From a virus: a DNA stretch of 64,000 nucleotides. Of this stretch, positions 17,356 to 27,605 are shown one piece after another. Made by a program: the position numbers and the translations under genes. Each line of letters opens with the position of its first letter. The first letter of the stretch is position 1. Under the pieces are notes generated by a model. It had not been told where the DNA came from, ran no database searches, and was given only the letters and a program-made list of their open reading frames with translations. The stretch lies in the IMG/VR virus record IMGVR_UViG_3300021962_000041, positions 50,869 through 114,868 of that record, one strand, 5' to 3'.

Positions 17356-18038
17356 TCATCCATTCCAAGTGGTTTGGTAACCTTACGAAGAAGGTAAGAT
17401 CCATCGCCACTATCTACCCATTCGATTGTATCACCTTCTTTCAGTTTTGCTGCTTCTAGGAGATCATCTGGGAAAGATACAAAATATTCTGTTTTGTCAG
17501 TATCAACGTCTTTTACTTCTTCAACAGGAAGAACCCATTTCTTTTTAGAAACCTCAGGTGTCCATTCATATCCACCTTCTTGGCGGATTCTTTCTACTTC
17601 GGCATCAAGTTCCGCCTTATTACACATTGCATTCAGTTCTTCTTCAGTATATTGAACACTACTCACAGTTGAACCTTTATACTCTTCTGGATAATAATTC
17701 TCTTCCCAGAAACTATTCCAGGCATTCTTACATTCTGGTGAAGAATCATCCTTGTCGCAGACAAATTTTTCACCAGTTGCAGTATAGTCAAACTTATCAT
17801 CATTCCGCAAGTCACCTACAGTTGCTTGCCAGGCAAGTTTGAACTTATCATCAAACTCTTGCAGATAATACTCAAGAAACTCATAAGCAGCAGACATCAA
17901 AAGTTCTGCTTTATCATATTCGTGTCCTTGAATTTTATCTACTGCATTATCAATAATCTCACGGGCAGAACAAATCTTGGATGTGACCATTTCAAGGTCA
18001 TTCATTGTTCGCCAAACTTTATCATAATTAACATTCAT
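17349..18038 (-). CDS. Hypothetical protein with C-terminal AbrB/MazE-like domain
   Basis: YFVSFPDDLLEAAKLKEGDTIEWVDSGDGSYLLRK. Confidence 0.7.
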   Translation of the reverse strand: MNVNYDKVWRTMNDLEMVTSKICSAREIIDNAVDKIQGHEYDKAELLMSAAYEFLEYYLQEFDDKFKLAWQATVGDLRNDDKFDYTATGEKFVCDKDDSSPECKNAWNSFWEENYYPEEYKGSTVSSVQYTEEELNAMCNKAELDAEVERIRQEGGYEWTPEVSKKKWVLPVEEVKDVDTDKTEYFVSFPDDLLEAAKLKEGDTIEWVDSGDGSYLLRKVTKPLGMDDC

Positions 18039-18178
18039 TGAGGTGGTCCTTGATTGCTTGTTCCACTATAACTGAGATCTCTTTGGAAGTCAACCCATTG
18101 AGCCACTTCCAGTTTGGATCTTCTGGATCCCAGTCCATGGTGAAAGACCCATCTTCATTCTGTGTTATCTTAAGACTA

Positions 18179-18370
18179 TCAGCACTCATCGCAGTCAGTA
18201 TCTTTATAGTGTTTACGAACCTTTTTAAGTTGTTTGAGTTCTTCCTTGATCATTTTATAGGCAGCATCACTATCAATCTTATCACCCATTTCAAGGGCAA
18301 TAATAATGTCTACACGGGTTCCAAAGTGTGCTAGTGCTTTCTCAAAACAATCTAAGTCATACATTATCAT
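18179..18370 (-). CDS. Hypothetical protein
   Basis: ORF track. Confidence 0.65.
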   Translation of the reverse strand: MIMYDLDCFEKALAHFGTRVDIIIALEMGDKIDSDAAYKMIKEELKQLKKVRKHYKDTDCDEC

Positions 18371-18587
18371 TACTCCACTTTTCTATGGTCAGAATATCTA
18401 TGCGGGCATCAACTGCATCAATAGAATTCATCAATTCATACAAACAATTAGATGTTTCCACATTTTCTGCTTCAAGTGCAATAATTCGTTCTTGAAGTTC
18501 AATCAACTTTGAATATATGTCAATTTCCTCAACGATTGGTTTTTGTGATGGTGCAACGAACCAATCAACAAATTGTTTAATCATCAT
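18357..18587 (-). CDS. Hypothetical coiled-coil protein
   Basis: ORF track. Confidence 0.65.
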   Translation of the reverse strand: MMIKQFVDWFVAPSQKPIVEEIDIYSKLIELQERIIALEAENVETSNCLYELMNSIDAVDARIDILTIEKWSNDNV

Positions 18588-18734
18588 AATACACCTACAG
18601 ATTTTAGATAGTTACGATAACCCATGTATCGTCTTATACTTGGTTGATCCTTTACGCCCAATTGATGACAGATCTCACAATAACATAACCACTCATACCA
18701 AGGAGTAGTGGGATCTAAAACATGGTATGGATAT

Positions 18735-18983
18735 TCAGAGTTTTCCACCTACTTCCCCGTTATAAGTTTTGGTTTCAGAGAAACCTTCCTGCCGTCCTTT
18801 AAGATAAAAACGGGTGCCTGATATACATGACTCTTCAGTGAGAGCTGAGACCAATCCGTTACCTTCTTTGTCATAACTATCCCAGAGAAATTTTCCCTTT
18901 ACAACATAAAAACAATCGTCAATTAGTTTCTTATCTGGAATATCAAGTGGATTGCGTTTCGTCATTCTTTTTATTGAATCCAA
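18735..18983 (-). CDS. Hypothetical protein
   Basis: ORF track. Confidence 0.65.
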   Translation of the reverse strand: MDSIKRMTKRNPLDIPDKKLIDDCFYVVKGKFLWDSYDKEGNGLVSALTEESCISGTRFYLKGRQEGFSETKTYNGEVGGKL

Positions 18984-19170
18984 AGGGTTGGTTTTCTGCT
19001 TCTTTTTCTACACGCAGTTTCTGCGCTAAAGTACAGACATTCTCGGCAACTTTAAGAATATCCTCTACTTTTGCATCATCAGGCATCCGACTTTTGATAC
19101 ATTCGTAGATAGGAAAGAAGATATCTGCTGCTTCAGTTACTTCTTCAATTGTCAGTGGCTTTGTATTCAT
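18943..19170 (-). CDS. Hypothetical protein
   Basis: ORF track. Confidence 0.65.
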   Translation of the reverse strand: MNTKPLTIEEVTEAADIFFPIYECIKSRMPDDAKVEDILKVAENVCTLAQKLRVEKEAENQPFGFNKKNDETQST

Positions 19171-19317
19171 TTGGTTTCTTTAAATCAGGGTGGGGGGCAT
19201 AGAGAGGTCCAGGATAATTACCAGCAAATTTATGATACTCTTTGAGTGCCGCAATTACTTCTGGTGTTTCTTCCCAATTCCATTCATTACCATTCTTGTC
19301 AGTAAAAGTTCTTAGAG

Positions 19318-20346
19318 TCATAGGGTAATCCAGCGATTGTTTTCAAGAGTCCATTGAGTAACTTCTGCGATACGTTCTCTAACTGTTTTAGAAGGAACCC
19401 ATCCCAGTTGCTTCATTTTATCACCATCAAGGGCATAACGCAAGTCATGTCCAGGGCGAGAAGAATGGAAATCTACAAGATCATATTTCAGTTCTTTTCC
19501 TTGGGTTTCGGCAATGATTTGTGCAAGTTCCAAGTTATTGAGCTCTTCCGCTCCGACAATGTTAAACTTAGGACACTTAGCATTACCCCAAGTAGGTTCG
19601 AACTTACCCTCATAATTCAACAGAAATAGAACAGCAGATGCAACATCTTCGGCATGAATATAATGGCGAGAACCAGGAATCGTTCTGGTGGAATCACTAT
19701 GAATCGTCACATTTTCACCATCACGAATCCGTTTGATGCACATAGGAATGTACTTCTCGGGATGTTGACGTTCACCAAACACATTCATTGTGTGAGTAAT
19801 GTAAATGGGAAGACCATAAGTATTCTCATAAGCAACCGCAAGTTCTTCACCACCTGCCTTAGTTGCACTATAAGGATTGGTAGAATTATACCGATCATTC
19901 TCCTTATATTTGATTCCATTCGGAGCAGGACCAAAAACTTCATCAGTACCGAAGTAAATAAACCTTTCCAGATTATCCTTTTGAACTCTTGCAAACTCAA
20001 GGATATTACAGGTTGCAACAACATTATCCATGACAAATTCCATGGGATAAAGAATGCTACGATCTACATGAGACCCTGCAGCAAGATGAAGAATGTAATC
20101 TACATTACCAATTTCAGAACGAACCAAAGGGTTAAGTTCTGCCTTCAAATCATGGTGAACAATCTTTACACGTTTACGAACTTCAGGATCAAATGAAAGC
20201 ATCAAATCATGAAGACGATTTAGATTGCCACTGTAATCAAGACGATCAAGTGTAATCACTTCCCAATCAGTGGTCTTAAGAATTTGTCCAATTAGATGGT
20301 GTGCAATGAATCCTGCGCCGCCAGTAATAAGTGCTCTTTTAGTCAT
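19318..20346 (-). CDS. rfbB: dTDP-glucose 4,6-dehydratase (NAD-dependent epimerase/dehydratase)
   Basis: LITGGAGFI, HLAAGSHVDRSI, GTDEVFG, PYSATK, RPGHDLRYALD. Confidence 0.9.
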   Translation of the reverse strand: MTKRALITGGAGFIAHHLIGQILKTTDWEVITLDRLDYSGNLNRLHDLMLSFDPEVRKRVKIVHHDLKAELNPLVRSEIGNVDYILHLAAGSHVDRSILYPMEFVMDNVVATCNILEFARVQKDNLERFIYFGTDEVFGPAPNGIKYKENDRYNSTNPYSATKAGGEELAVAYENTYGLPIYITHTMNVFGERQHPEKYIPMCIKRIRDGENVTIHSDSTRTIPGSRHYIHAEDVASAVLFLLNYEGKFEPTWGNAKCPKFNIVGAEELNNLELAQIIAETQGKELKYDLVDFHSSRPGHDLRYALDGDKMKQLGWVPSKTVRERIAEVTQWTLENNRWITL

Positions 20347-20682
20347 AATTATTCTTCAAATTTGTAACTGAGTTTAATATCTTTCTTTTTAAGTTTGTAA
20401 CGATCAATGTGCTTTTGACGGTGTGCTTCCGACTCAAAGAAACATTTGCGAGTTTCATTCCCTTCCTTATACACAAGTTTCCAAGGGAATCCGTCAAAGG
20501 GGAATTCTTCAGTGTGTTCCATTAGGTTGGTTGTTCTCTCCGTTGAGTATACACGAGATCAAAGAGTTCGTCAAGCACCTCTCCACACTCATGATATTGT
20601 TGACTGTCGAGAATGCATTTCTCAACTTGATAGCGACGAACCGCAGTGTAAATGAGTCTATATTGTTCGGGTGTAAAGTTCA

Positions 20683-21456
20683 TTAGAAAAAAATCCTCCA
20701 AATACCATCACAAAGTAATCCATGTCCTTGCATTGTAATTCTCCTTTCATTTTCTTCAAGAGATATGAAAGGTGCAATCTGGTGAAGCAAAACTCCCTTA
20801 AAGAAAAAAGCTTCTCCAAGATTATATGATACCACACTATCTGGTGGTCTATGATTTAGATATTCTTGATAGTGACTTAAACCCCTGACATAATCAGATA
20901 GTTCTTTATTCGTATCATATTGTTTTAGTACGGATTCATCCCATATCGCTAATCCACTACCACATTTAGGAGATTCGAGAAGTAATGTCCAGGTTAATGA
21001 ATTATGAATTGTTACATCTTTAAATTTTGCCCATACCATCCTTGCTTTTTGATGTGCATATGGTCTATCCTCATGAATTTTAAATAAAGGTTTTTGACTC
21101 AATTTCATCGTGAGTTTATTATTTAATTGTCCAGGAGGATGACCAAGTACATGAAACCCAGGATGGCCAAGATCATCTATGATTTCACATGGTCCTATCT
21201 GTTCGGTAAGTTTTTCAATAACAAGATCATAAACCCATTCAAAATTCTTTTTCAAGATTGGATTCATTTTATTCATTTGAGCAGTATATCTTTCAGAATG
21301 AGTCATTCCTTCCTGATAACTGGTAGATCCTATGGTGTAAAAATCCCAGGGTTCTGGTTCTCTCCTGACCCAATATTCATAGAGATCATCAACAATACCT
21401 ACGGCAGTTTTACATTGTTCTTCACTGAGAACTTTTATAAATCCATGTCTTTTCAT
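20683..21456 (-). CDS. 2OG-Fe(II) oxygenase
   Basis: HxD (IHED), distal H (LLHQI), RITMQGHG. Confidence 0.75.
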   Translation of the reverse strand: MKRHGFIKVLSEEQCKTAVGIVDDLYEYWVRREPEPWDFYTIGSTSYQEGMTHSERYTAQMNKMNPILKKNFEWVYDLVIEKLTEQIGPCEIIDDLGHPGFHVLGHPPGQLNNKLTMKLSQKPLFKIHEDRPYAHQKARMVWAKFKDVTIHNSLTWTLLLESPKCGSGLAIWDESVLKQYDTNKELSDYVRGLSHYQEYLNHRPPDSVVSYNLGEAFFFKGVLLHQIAPFISLEENERRITMQGHGLLCDGIWRIFF

Positions 21457-21851
21457 CGACCAGTAACATCTGCATAGTCTTGTAGTTTACCATATCGAAA
21501 ATGTAATCTCAAGCGGGGCCAATCTTCCCATTTACCTTTCCATTCAGCAGGATAGATCTCCACATATTTGGTGATCTCATGGGGTTTAAATCTACCATGC
21601 TCACCAGTAGGAATCCATTCAAAGTTTAAAAACTTACGCTTTACATCGTATCGTTCATCATCCTTTGAGATTTCCTCAAAGGTATGTGTACCGACATAGC
21701 TGGGATACCATAACTGACCCGCTGGATCTAACCAGTAGTCAGTCATTGTACCACCAATACCTTCTTCAATGTCTTTAGTTTGGCAGGTTACATTAGTAAA
21801 CTGCTCGCCCAAATCATACGATGAGTGAAAATAATCAAACATTCCCATCAC
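21453..21851 (-). CDS. Hypothetical protein (MGMFDY..QTKD family)
   Basis: ORF track. Confidence 0.75.
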   Translation of the reverse strand: MMGMFDYFHSSYDLGEQFTNVTCQTKDIEEGIGGTMTDYWLDPAGQLWYPSYVGTHTFEEISKDDERYDVKRKFLNFEWIPTGEHGRFKPHEITKYVEIYPAEWKGKWEDWPRLRLHFRYGKLQDYADVTGR

Positions 21852-22324
21852 ATTTCTCCAAGTGTATGAATGACTGGTTTTTCGTGTGCTAGGATGCGAT
21901 ACAGGTCTTCATTCTGTGCTGCTGATACAGGAATAAACTCAGTCTTATCATTAAACTCATCATCACGAATCGCTTGGTTAATCACTATTGATCCTTCTTC
22001 TCCTGACCAGGATCTATGGTAAGTTCTTTGAGGAATCACAAGAGCTCCAGAAGAACGATTAAGATGCACAATATGATATGGATATCTCCATTCAGGATTG
22101 ACTAACTCAAATGTGCGAATACCCTGCAGAACACGATTGTGATCTACCTGGTGATAATGAATATAAAACTGCTTTGCTCCTACAATATCATCAGGAGGAC
22201 TAATAGCAGGACCTTCGTGAACCACGAGGTCTGATGCATTAGATCCCTCCACAGAAATATCATAAAAGATAACTGATTGAGTTTCACGGAATACTCTGTG
22301 CTTCTTAAAAGTTACTTCGCTCAT
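21848..22324 (-). CDS. Cupin-fold protein of cyanobacterial type
   Basis: FYIHYHQVDHNRVLQG.RTFEL...LVIP..TYHRS. Confidence 0.65.
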   Translation of the reverse strand: MSEVTFKKHRVFRETQSVIFYDISVEGSNASDLVVHEGPAISPPDDIVGAKQFYIHYHQVDHNRVLQGIRTFELVNPEWRYPYHIVHLNRSSGALVIPQRTYHRSWSGEEGSIVINQAIRDDEFNDKTEFIPVSAAQNEDLYRILAHEKPVIHTLGEM

Positions 22325-22518
22325 TAGTCGTAGACGTTTTGCTCCTGTTGCAATCTATCTAGGTAGTGATAGATGGTTTCTTGTGAGTACTTAAACTCTT
22401 TAAAACGATGAGGATTATTCTTTTGCATTTTATGCAACATATTGATCCAGTCGTAGCGTTTATCTACAACCCAACCATATCGTTGCTCATCATGCATAAT
22501 ATCGTAGATAGAAATCAT
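22324..22518 (-). CDS. Hypothetical protein
   Basis: Coupled ORF. Confidence 0.65.
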   Translation of the reverse strand: MISIYDIMHDEQRYGWVVDKRYDWINMLHKMQKNNPHRFKEFKYSQETIYHYLDRLQQEQNVYD

Positions 22519-22733
22519 TGGAATCCTTTTGTTTTCTTTTTCTTTTGTGGAATGTCAAGAACTTCAACGTGACTTAAAAACTGGTCTGGTGTTTGAAACC
22601 AATGTGCCTGAACATCCATATAGTCCTCTAAAACAATGGACTTACCATTGCTATACACCAACTTATAGTGATGCCTGTCGTAAGGTTTATCGCAGGTTTG
22701 TTTGAATGTTTCAGTCATTTTGGTCATCATCAA
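22515..22733 (-). CDS. Hypothetical protein
   Basis: Coupled ORF. Confidence 0.65.
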   Translation of the reverse strand: MMMTKMTETFKQTCDKPYDRHHYKLVYSNGKSIVLEDYMDVQAHWFQTPDQFLSHVEVLDIPQKKKKTKGFQ

Positions 22734-22805
22734 AAAAACTTTTTGCAGGTGGTTGAATCAAACAATCAAGAATACTACCAATGATTAAAAAGGCAATAAA
22801 GGTTA

Positions 22806-22991
22806 TCATTGTTCTTTCACAACACAAGACGAAGTGCATTTAAGATCACCAGAAGACCCAGACACCGTAGAAGTATGCTGGGGTGTTCTCTCTGGTGTTA
22901 GATTATAAGATACAATAGCAGAAAAGAAAAACGCAAGTGTGGGAATCACAACATATTGAAGATAAGTTTTACTACTCACAAGTCTCATCAC
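22806..22991 (-). CDS. Hypothetical membrane protein
   Basis: ORF with TM segment. Confidence 0.55.
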   Translation of the reverse strand: MMRLVSSKTYLQYVVIPTLAFFFSAIVSYNLTPERTPQHTSTVSGSSGDLKCTSSCVVKEQ

Positions 22992-23160
22992 TCCAATAGT
23001 ACCTCAGTTTATCACCATCCGCAGAAATATTCAAGTGATAGATTTTATCATCTTCGGTATAAACACCAATCCAAAGTGTGCGTTCATTCATACTTTCGAG
23101 GTGAAACATTTGAATGTCTTGGAGAACAATTTCGTCGGGGTTTTCAGTAAAGCGACTCAT
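22972..23160 (-). CDS. Hypothetical protein
   Basis: Coupled ORF. Confidence 0.65.
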   Translation of the reverse strand: MSRFTENPDEIVLQDIQMFHLESMNERTLWIGVYTEDDKIYHLNISADGDKLRYYWSDETCE

Positions 23161-23468
23161 TTCAGAATCTCATCAACATCAACTTTATCACAACCAGGCA
23201 AACCTGCTTGACCAAGTAGTTCTAACACATAACCCTCAAAATCTGTGGCATCACTCTCATAGACATAATGCCCACCATTATTGTCACTCTCAGTGTAGTT
23301 GTTGAGATAATCAGCAAAGGTAACAAAGATTGCCATAGCACGGGCTTTATCATGTTGCGTGAGTGTTTTATGTGGATGTGCCACGATACACATAATCGTG
23401 TTGAATAGTTCAGCAGGAGTATAAGAAAATACTGCTGCTTCTTCGTTTAGTTTCAGTGGGTTACTCAT
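23157..23468 (-). CDS. Hypothetical protein
   Basis: Coupled ORF (ATGA overlap). Confidence 0.7.
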   Translation of the reverse strand: MSNPLKLNEEAAVFSYTPAELFNTIMCIVAHPHKTLTQHDKARAMAIFVTFADYLNNYTESDNNGGHYVYESDATDFEGYVLELLGQAGLPGCDKVDVDEILK

Positions 23469-23677
23469 TGTCCTAGTCGTAGTTTGCGTTCAGGTGAGAT
23501 AGTGAGATTAAAAGGATCATCATATGGAAAAATGTATTCTTGCATCCAACCATTTGAGAGTGATTCCCAAAAATCATCAGGGAAGTGCTCAATAGTGTCG
23601 TAACTGTCCAAAGCATACCAGAAGTTATGAAACCCGTCAAGGAAGAGTTCCCACTTTGTTGGTTCTTGGAATCTCAT
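23465..23677 (-). CDS. Hypothetical protein
   Basis: Coupled ORF. Confidence 0.65.
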   Translation of the reverse strand: MRFQEPTKWELFLDGFHNFWYALDSYDTIEHFPDDFWESLSNGWMQEYIFPYDDPFNLTISPERKLRLGQ

Positions 23678-23837
23678 TTCACATCCTCAAAGAAAATTGT
23701 ATGATACTCACCTTCTACTTCTTCAAAGGTAAAGTTTTCGTGCCAGGCATAAGGTAGCATCTCTTTGACTGTTAGAATTTGGTTTGTCTCAAATTTATCT
23801 TTGTATGGACCAAAACCAGTGTATCTAACTTTGTATG

Positions 23838-24227
23838 TCATTTCAATCTTTCTAATACACTACGAATGTGAGATATTGAAAGATAAAACTCACGAGTGTT
23901 TTGTCCCCCCATTACGATTGCGTTGAGTTCTTCAAGTGCTTCGTTGATGAGTTCTCTGCGTTCAATCACAGAAAGTTGTTGAAGTGCATCACCATTCTCA
24001 TCATAGAGTTTATCCAATGCTTCCAATGCTTTGTTCTCTGCTTCTCGTTGTGCAGCAACAGCAAGCATTTCTTCGTGAGTCATAAGTTCTCGGATTTTCT
24101 GTTTGCCGTATTCTGTGAGTTCTTGTTTCTTGGTGCGGAGTTGTTGGATTTCTTCTGGTGTGAGATCTACCCAGGGCATATCATCATTCATAATCACTCC
24201 ATATATTCGTGTTGATGTGCTTGCCAC
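23838..24227 (-). CDS. Hypothetical helical protein
   Basis: ORF track. Confidence 0.65.
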   Translation of the reverse strand: MASTSTRIYGVIMNDDMPWVDLTPEEIQQLRTKKQELTEYGKQKIRELMTHEEMLAVAAQREAENKALEALDKLYDENGDALQQLSVIERRELINEALEELNAIVMGGQNTREFYLSISHIRSVLERLK

Positions 24228-24394
24228 CGTAGAAGAGTTGGAATAGAAGATGGTTGAATGCCCATATCTTCTAATACAATCTCAAACCAATCTGCTGTAG
24301 CATCAATTACTGCTTGTGCTTCTGCTTCCTCATTAGGTGGTGCTGTTTCAAGGGCACTTTCAACCATCTTGAGTAGTTTTGTTTTGTCAGTCAT
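24194..24394 (-). CDS. Hypothetical protein
   Basis: Coupled ORF. Confidence 0.65.
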   Translation of the reverse strand: MTDKTKLLKMVESALETAPPNEEAEAQAVIDATADWFEIVLEDMGIQPSSIPTLLRWQAHQHEYME

Positions 24395-24579
24395 TCTTCA
24401 TCTTCCTCATAAGGGAACATTTCATCATACTCTTCATCAGTCAGAGTAAGATACTGAACATTAGCATTCTTGTGTTCTTCAGCATACACTAACTGGTAGT
24501 GTGCGAAAGAAGAAGGGTCTGAACTAGCAAATTCTAGCAGACCATCAACAAAACAAAGGTAGTTCATAGCACTTCCCAT
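24391..24579 (-). CDS. Hypothetical protein
   Basis: Coupled ORF. Confidence 0.6.
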   Translation of the reverse strand: MGSAMNYLCFVDGLLEFASSDPSSFAHYQLVYAEEHKNANVQYLTLTDEEYDEMFPYEEDEE

Positions 24580-24764
24580 TCAGTTTCCCAATGACAATCG
24601 TTGCTTACATTAACCCAAAAGAAGTATTTCTGGTTCTCTGATGCGAGAAACAGCATACCATCACCTTTGTCCTGCTCAACAATACAGACAGGATTTCCTC
24701 CCATCATATTAGCAAGTCTGTTTTTGGATTTGCTACTCTTCGGTTTGACGGTTACTCTTCGCAT
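24564..24764 (-). CDS. Hypothetical protein
   Basis: ORF track. Confidence 0.65.
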   Translation of the reverse strand: MRRVTVKPKSSKSKNRLANMMGGNPVCIVEQDKGDGMLFLASENQKYFFWVNVSNDCHWETEWEVL

Positions 24765-25156
24765 TGTTCTTTCTCATCAGTCAGGACAGTTCCCATCGGA
24801 CCTTTTTTAAGGCGTTCCCACTCTGCGTCTGCTTGTTGCATATCATCAAACTTCTTCCTCAGGTCTTCACCCAAAGTCAGTTCAAACTCATCAGCAACCT
24901 TACGCATATCCTCTTCTCTGCGGTCTTCACCAAATGCGAGAGCACAAGCACCTTTCATAATGTTGATGTCATCGTGTCCCATTGCACGGGCAACAGTTGC
25001 GAAAAAGCGAAACAATTGATAAGTGTTAAGGTCTTCGGCAGGAACCTGAAAAGTATAATGCTCTTCAGGGAGCATCATATCATCAAAACCACTGCTGTAA
25101 TGGGTGGAAGTCCACTCAGTATCAAACTGAACCTTGAGGGTTGCCTTGTAAGTCAT
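24752..25156 (-). CDS. Hypothetical early protein
   Basis: MTYKATLK..., first gene after an early promoter. Confidence 0.75.
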   Translation of the reverse strand: MTYKATLKVQFDTEWTSTHYSSGFDDMMLPEEHYTFQVPAEDLNTYQLFRFFATVARAMGHDDINIMKGACALAFGEDRREEDMRKVADEFELTLGEDLRKKFDDMQQADAEWERLKKGPMGTVLTDEKEQCEE

Positions 25157-25178
25157 TGGTCCTGTTTTGAATATACTC

Positions 25179-25236
25179 ATTATAGGGGTAGTTTCACCAA
25201 TTTCAGGGGTAGGTGTGCCAGTTCGTCAAGTGTCCT
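25179..25236 (-). promoter_or_regulatory. Cyanophage early promoter
   Basis: TATAAT 25179-25184; GTGCCAGTT-cgtc-AAGTGTCCT 25215-25236. Confidence 0.8.
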
Positions 25237-25642
25237 CATCATCTTCATCATCTTCATCAAATAAATCTACATCAACACCATCTGTAAGATCTTTCAATCG
25301 TTCAAAGAAATCTTCACCTAATGGAATGAGTTTCTCTTCTCCACGATCAATCCTATCACACATTTCTATCAGATACTCAAGAAACTCTTTTGGATAAGTT
25401 TCATCTAGGTTGATACTCGTCCAGAACCATTGATAACACTCTTCATAAGGATCGTCATCTGATAGTAGACCATAATTCTCATAGTTTCCACTAATGAGGT
25501 CTCTCCACATCTTGAAGTTATTCCACATTTCCCTCCAACCAGTTTGGAAGCAGTGTCCAAAATAATACTCAAACCAGTTAAGTTTTTTCATTTGGTTGGA
25601 CATAGAATAACTCATCACGCCAGTTACGACCAGCAATATCAA
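25226..25642 (-). CDS. Hypothetical protein
   Basis: ORF track (start probably MKKLNW). Confidence 0.7.
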   Translation of the reverse strand: MILLVVTGVMSYSMSNQMKKLNWFEYYFGHCFQTGWREMWNNFKMWRDLISGNYENYGLLSDDDPYEECYQWFWTSINLDETYPKEFLEYLIEMCDRIDRGEEKLIPLGEDFFERLKDLTDGVDVDLFDEDDEDDEDT

Positions 25643-25850
25643 AACTAAAACCTAATTTACCAATAGAGAATAAGAAAGAAAATAACCTACCATATCCCAT
25701 AGAGATTTGAAGATAAGGCCACTCAATCCATTTACCATACTCACCAAAATCAAAAGCAAGTTGAAGAAGTGAGTATTGTCTTCCAGTACAAAGAGTCATA
25801 TAATACTCTTTTCCATAATCGTCTCTTACACCAAATTGAATGAGTTTCAT
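25578..25850 (-). CDS. Hypothetical protein
   Basis: ORF track. Confidence 0.65.
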   Translation of the reverse strand: MKLIQFGVRDDYGKEYYMTLCTGRQYSLLQLAFDFGEYGKWIEWPYLQISMGYGRLFSFLFSIGKLGFSFDIAGRNWRDELFYVQPNEKT

Positions 25851-26041
25851 TCTTCTAGTTCCTCTGCTAGTTGTAGCATATCATTCTTATCCAAAACGAT
25901 TCTACCATCTTGAGCAGTATAATACTGAACATTTTCTGCAGTAATACGAAGAACCGCAGCGATCAGTTTTTCTTCTGTATCAGCACCAGCATTTCGTGCT
26001 TCCCAAATTCTATTCGTTAAGTCTTGTGATCTTTCAGTCAA
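25847..26041 (-). CDS. Hypothetical protein
   Basis: ORF with SD. Confidence 0.65.
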   Translation of the reverse strand: MTERSQDLTNRIWEARNAGADTEEKLIAAVLRITAENVQYYTAQDGRIVLDKNDMLQLAEELEE

Positions 26042-26052
26042 TGTAATTTCCT

Positions 26053-26238
26053 CTATTTTAAATAATGATGTTTTTCAGAATCAAAGATTGTCCATTTTGC
26101 TATTTTAAGACACATTAGCACAGTTTGGTGTTCTCGCTGATACAAGTCCCAATCTTCTTTAAGTTTTGCAGCGTATCTTCTACGATAGGCACAAGTCCAT
26201 ACATTCTTGTAGATTTGTGCCTTTTCAGTTAAAGTCAT
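26053..26238 (-). CDS. Hypothetical protein
   Basis: Coupled ORF. Confidence 0.65.
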   Translation of the reverse strand: MTLTEKAQIYKNVWTCAYRRRYAAKLKEDWDLYQREHQTVLMCLKIAKWTIFDSEKHHYLK

Positions 26239-26945
26239 CCTAAACTTCTCAAAAAATCTTTGTCAATTTCCTGATCGAAACACAAGCAATATCTTGGTGT
26301 AGATAATTCATTCTCCACCTTATGACGAATTCTACCCCAGAAAAACATATGCTGATTATTTACAAATAATTTCTTCTCTGCTTTTTCTCTGTTGTTACCA
26401 AACATTAGATAACATTCTTTACCTTCTTCCTGACGAACATCAAGTCCCCAGAGACCACGAATAATTGCTAGATTATCACGTTCTGGATCTGGATCAAGAT
26501 GCCAACCAATACCTTTACCAGGACCAACCATACTAATACCAAATCTTCTCTTAATTCCAGCCTCTCTCATTGTTGATGTGAGAATAGGAAGCAATTCAGA
26601 ATTTTCTCTATGATATCCAATCTTTTCTTCTTTGACAAAAATTGGATCTCCAAAATTTTTACCAATAATTGTGGGTGCTATTTTAACAAATGCGTCCCAT
26701 TCATCATCAGTAATTAGTTTTGCACTAAAGGGATCTCTACACTCCATAAAGATGGGAGCAATTTGCCATCCTTGATACGCAATAGCAGTATGTCCAGAAT
26801 ATCCAGTATCATATCCCCAATTACACCAATAAATCTTGTCAAAATTATCAAGAAATTCTTTTTGAATCTCTTCAAATCTTTCTTCAACTAGTTTAAGTTT
26901 TGGATTTAACTCCTCAAGAGTAAAGAATCGATCTAGTTTGTTCAT
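26235..26945 (-). CDS. AspH-like 2OG-Fe(II) oxygenase
   Basis: GPGKGIGWHLD...RGLWGLD...RHKVEN...RYCLCFD. Confidence 0.8.
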   Translation of the reverse strand: MNKLDRFFTLEELNPKLKLVEERFEEIQKEFLDNFDKIYWCNWGYDTGYSGHTAIAYQGWQIAPIFMECRDPFSAKLITDDEWDAFVKIAPTIIGKNFGDPIFVKEEKIGYHRENSELLPILTSTMREAGIKRRFGISMVGPGKGIGWHLDPDPERDNLAIIRGLWGLDVRQEEGKECYLMFGNNREKAEKKLFVNNQHMFFWGRIRHKVENELSTPRYCLCFDQEIDKDFLRSLG

Positions 26946-27604
26946 AGCATACTTCTAAAAAATACATTTGGTTTATTATTAATGTGGGCAAGGCTTTTAG
27001 ATGCAAAAACATCCATTGCTATCACTGTTCTTGGTTGAGACATCATATTCTCAACACGATGAGTAGTATTTGAGTCAAAAGTATAAAACTTATTATTCCC
27101 AAACACTTGGGTTTCTACATTACCAGACTCATCCTTCATTTGAAAGATTGAACATTTATCTTTTTCTACAGGAACATCAATACCCCACAAAACACGATAA
27201 GTATTCAATCCACCACCACCATAATCCTTATCACAATGCCAATCTAATGAAGATCCTGGATGTAATACATTGATTCCTGCAACTAATACTGCTTTAATGG
27301 AAGAAAGTGTTTGACATAATATAGGAAGATACATTGCATTGCATGGATGAAAAACTCCATGATAACTCAATGCCCCCATATGCCACCCAACATCAGTATT
27401 AGTTTGTTTGGCATCCAAATAACTATTGAATTGAATTGGATAACCTCTCTTATTTTTTGTAATATAATCTTTTTGTTGATCTGTAAAATCTCTAATTTCT
27501 AAATTTTCTCTATTTGCAATAAACTCAGCGTGAATTGCATCAAAATTATCGGACAATACCTGCAACTCTGGTAGAATCTCTGTATAGTCTAAGAAAAGAG
27601 ACAT
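26942..27604 (-). CDS. AspH-like 2OG-Fe(II) oxygenase
   Basis: LHPGSSLDWHCD...FDSNTTHRVEN...RTVIAMD. Confidence 0.82.
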   Translation of the reverse strand: MSLFLDYTEILPELQVLSDNFDAIHAEFIANRENLEIRDFTDQQKDYITKNKRGYPIQFNSYLDAKQTNTDVGWHMGALSYHGVFHPCNAMYLPILCQTLSSIKAVLVAGINVLHPGSSLDWHCDKDYGGGGLNTYRVLWGIDVPVEKDKCSIFQMKDESGNVETQVFGNNKFYTFDSNTTHRVENMMSQPRTVIAMDVFASKSLAHINNKPNVFFRSML

Positions 27605-27605
27605 C

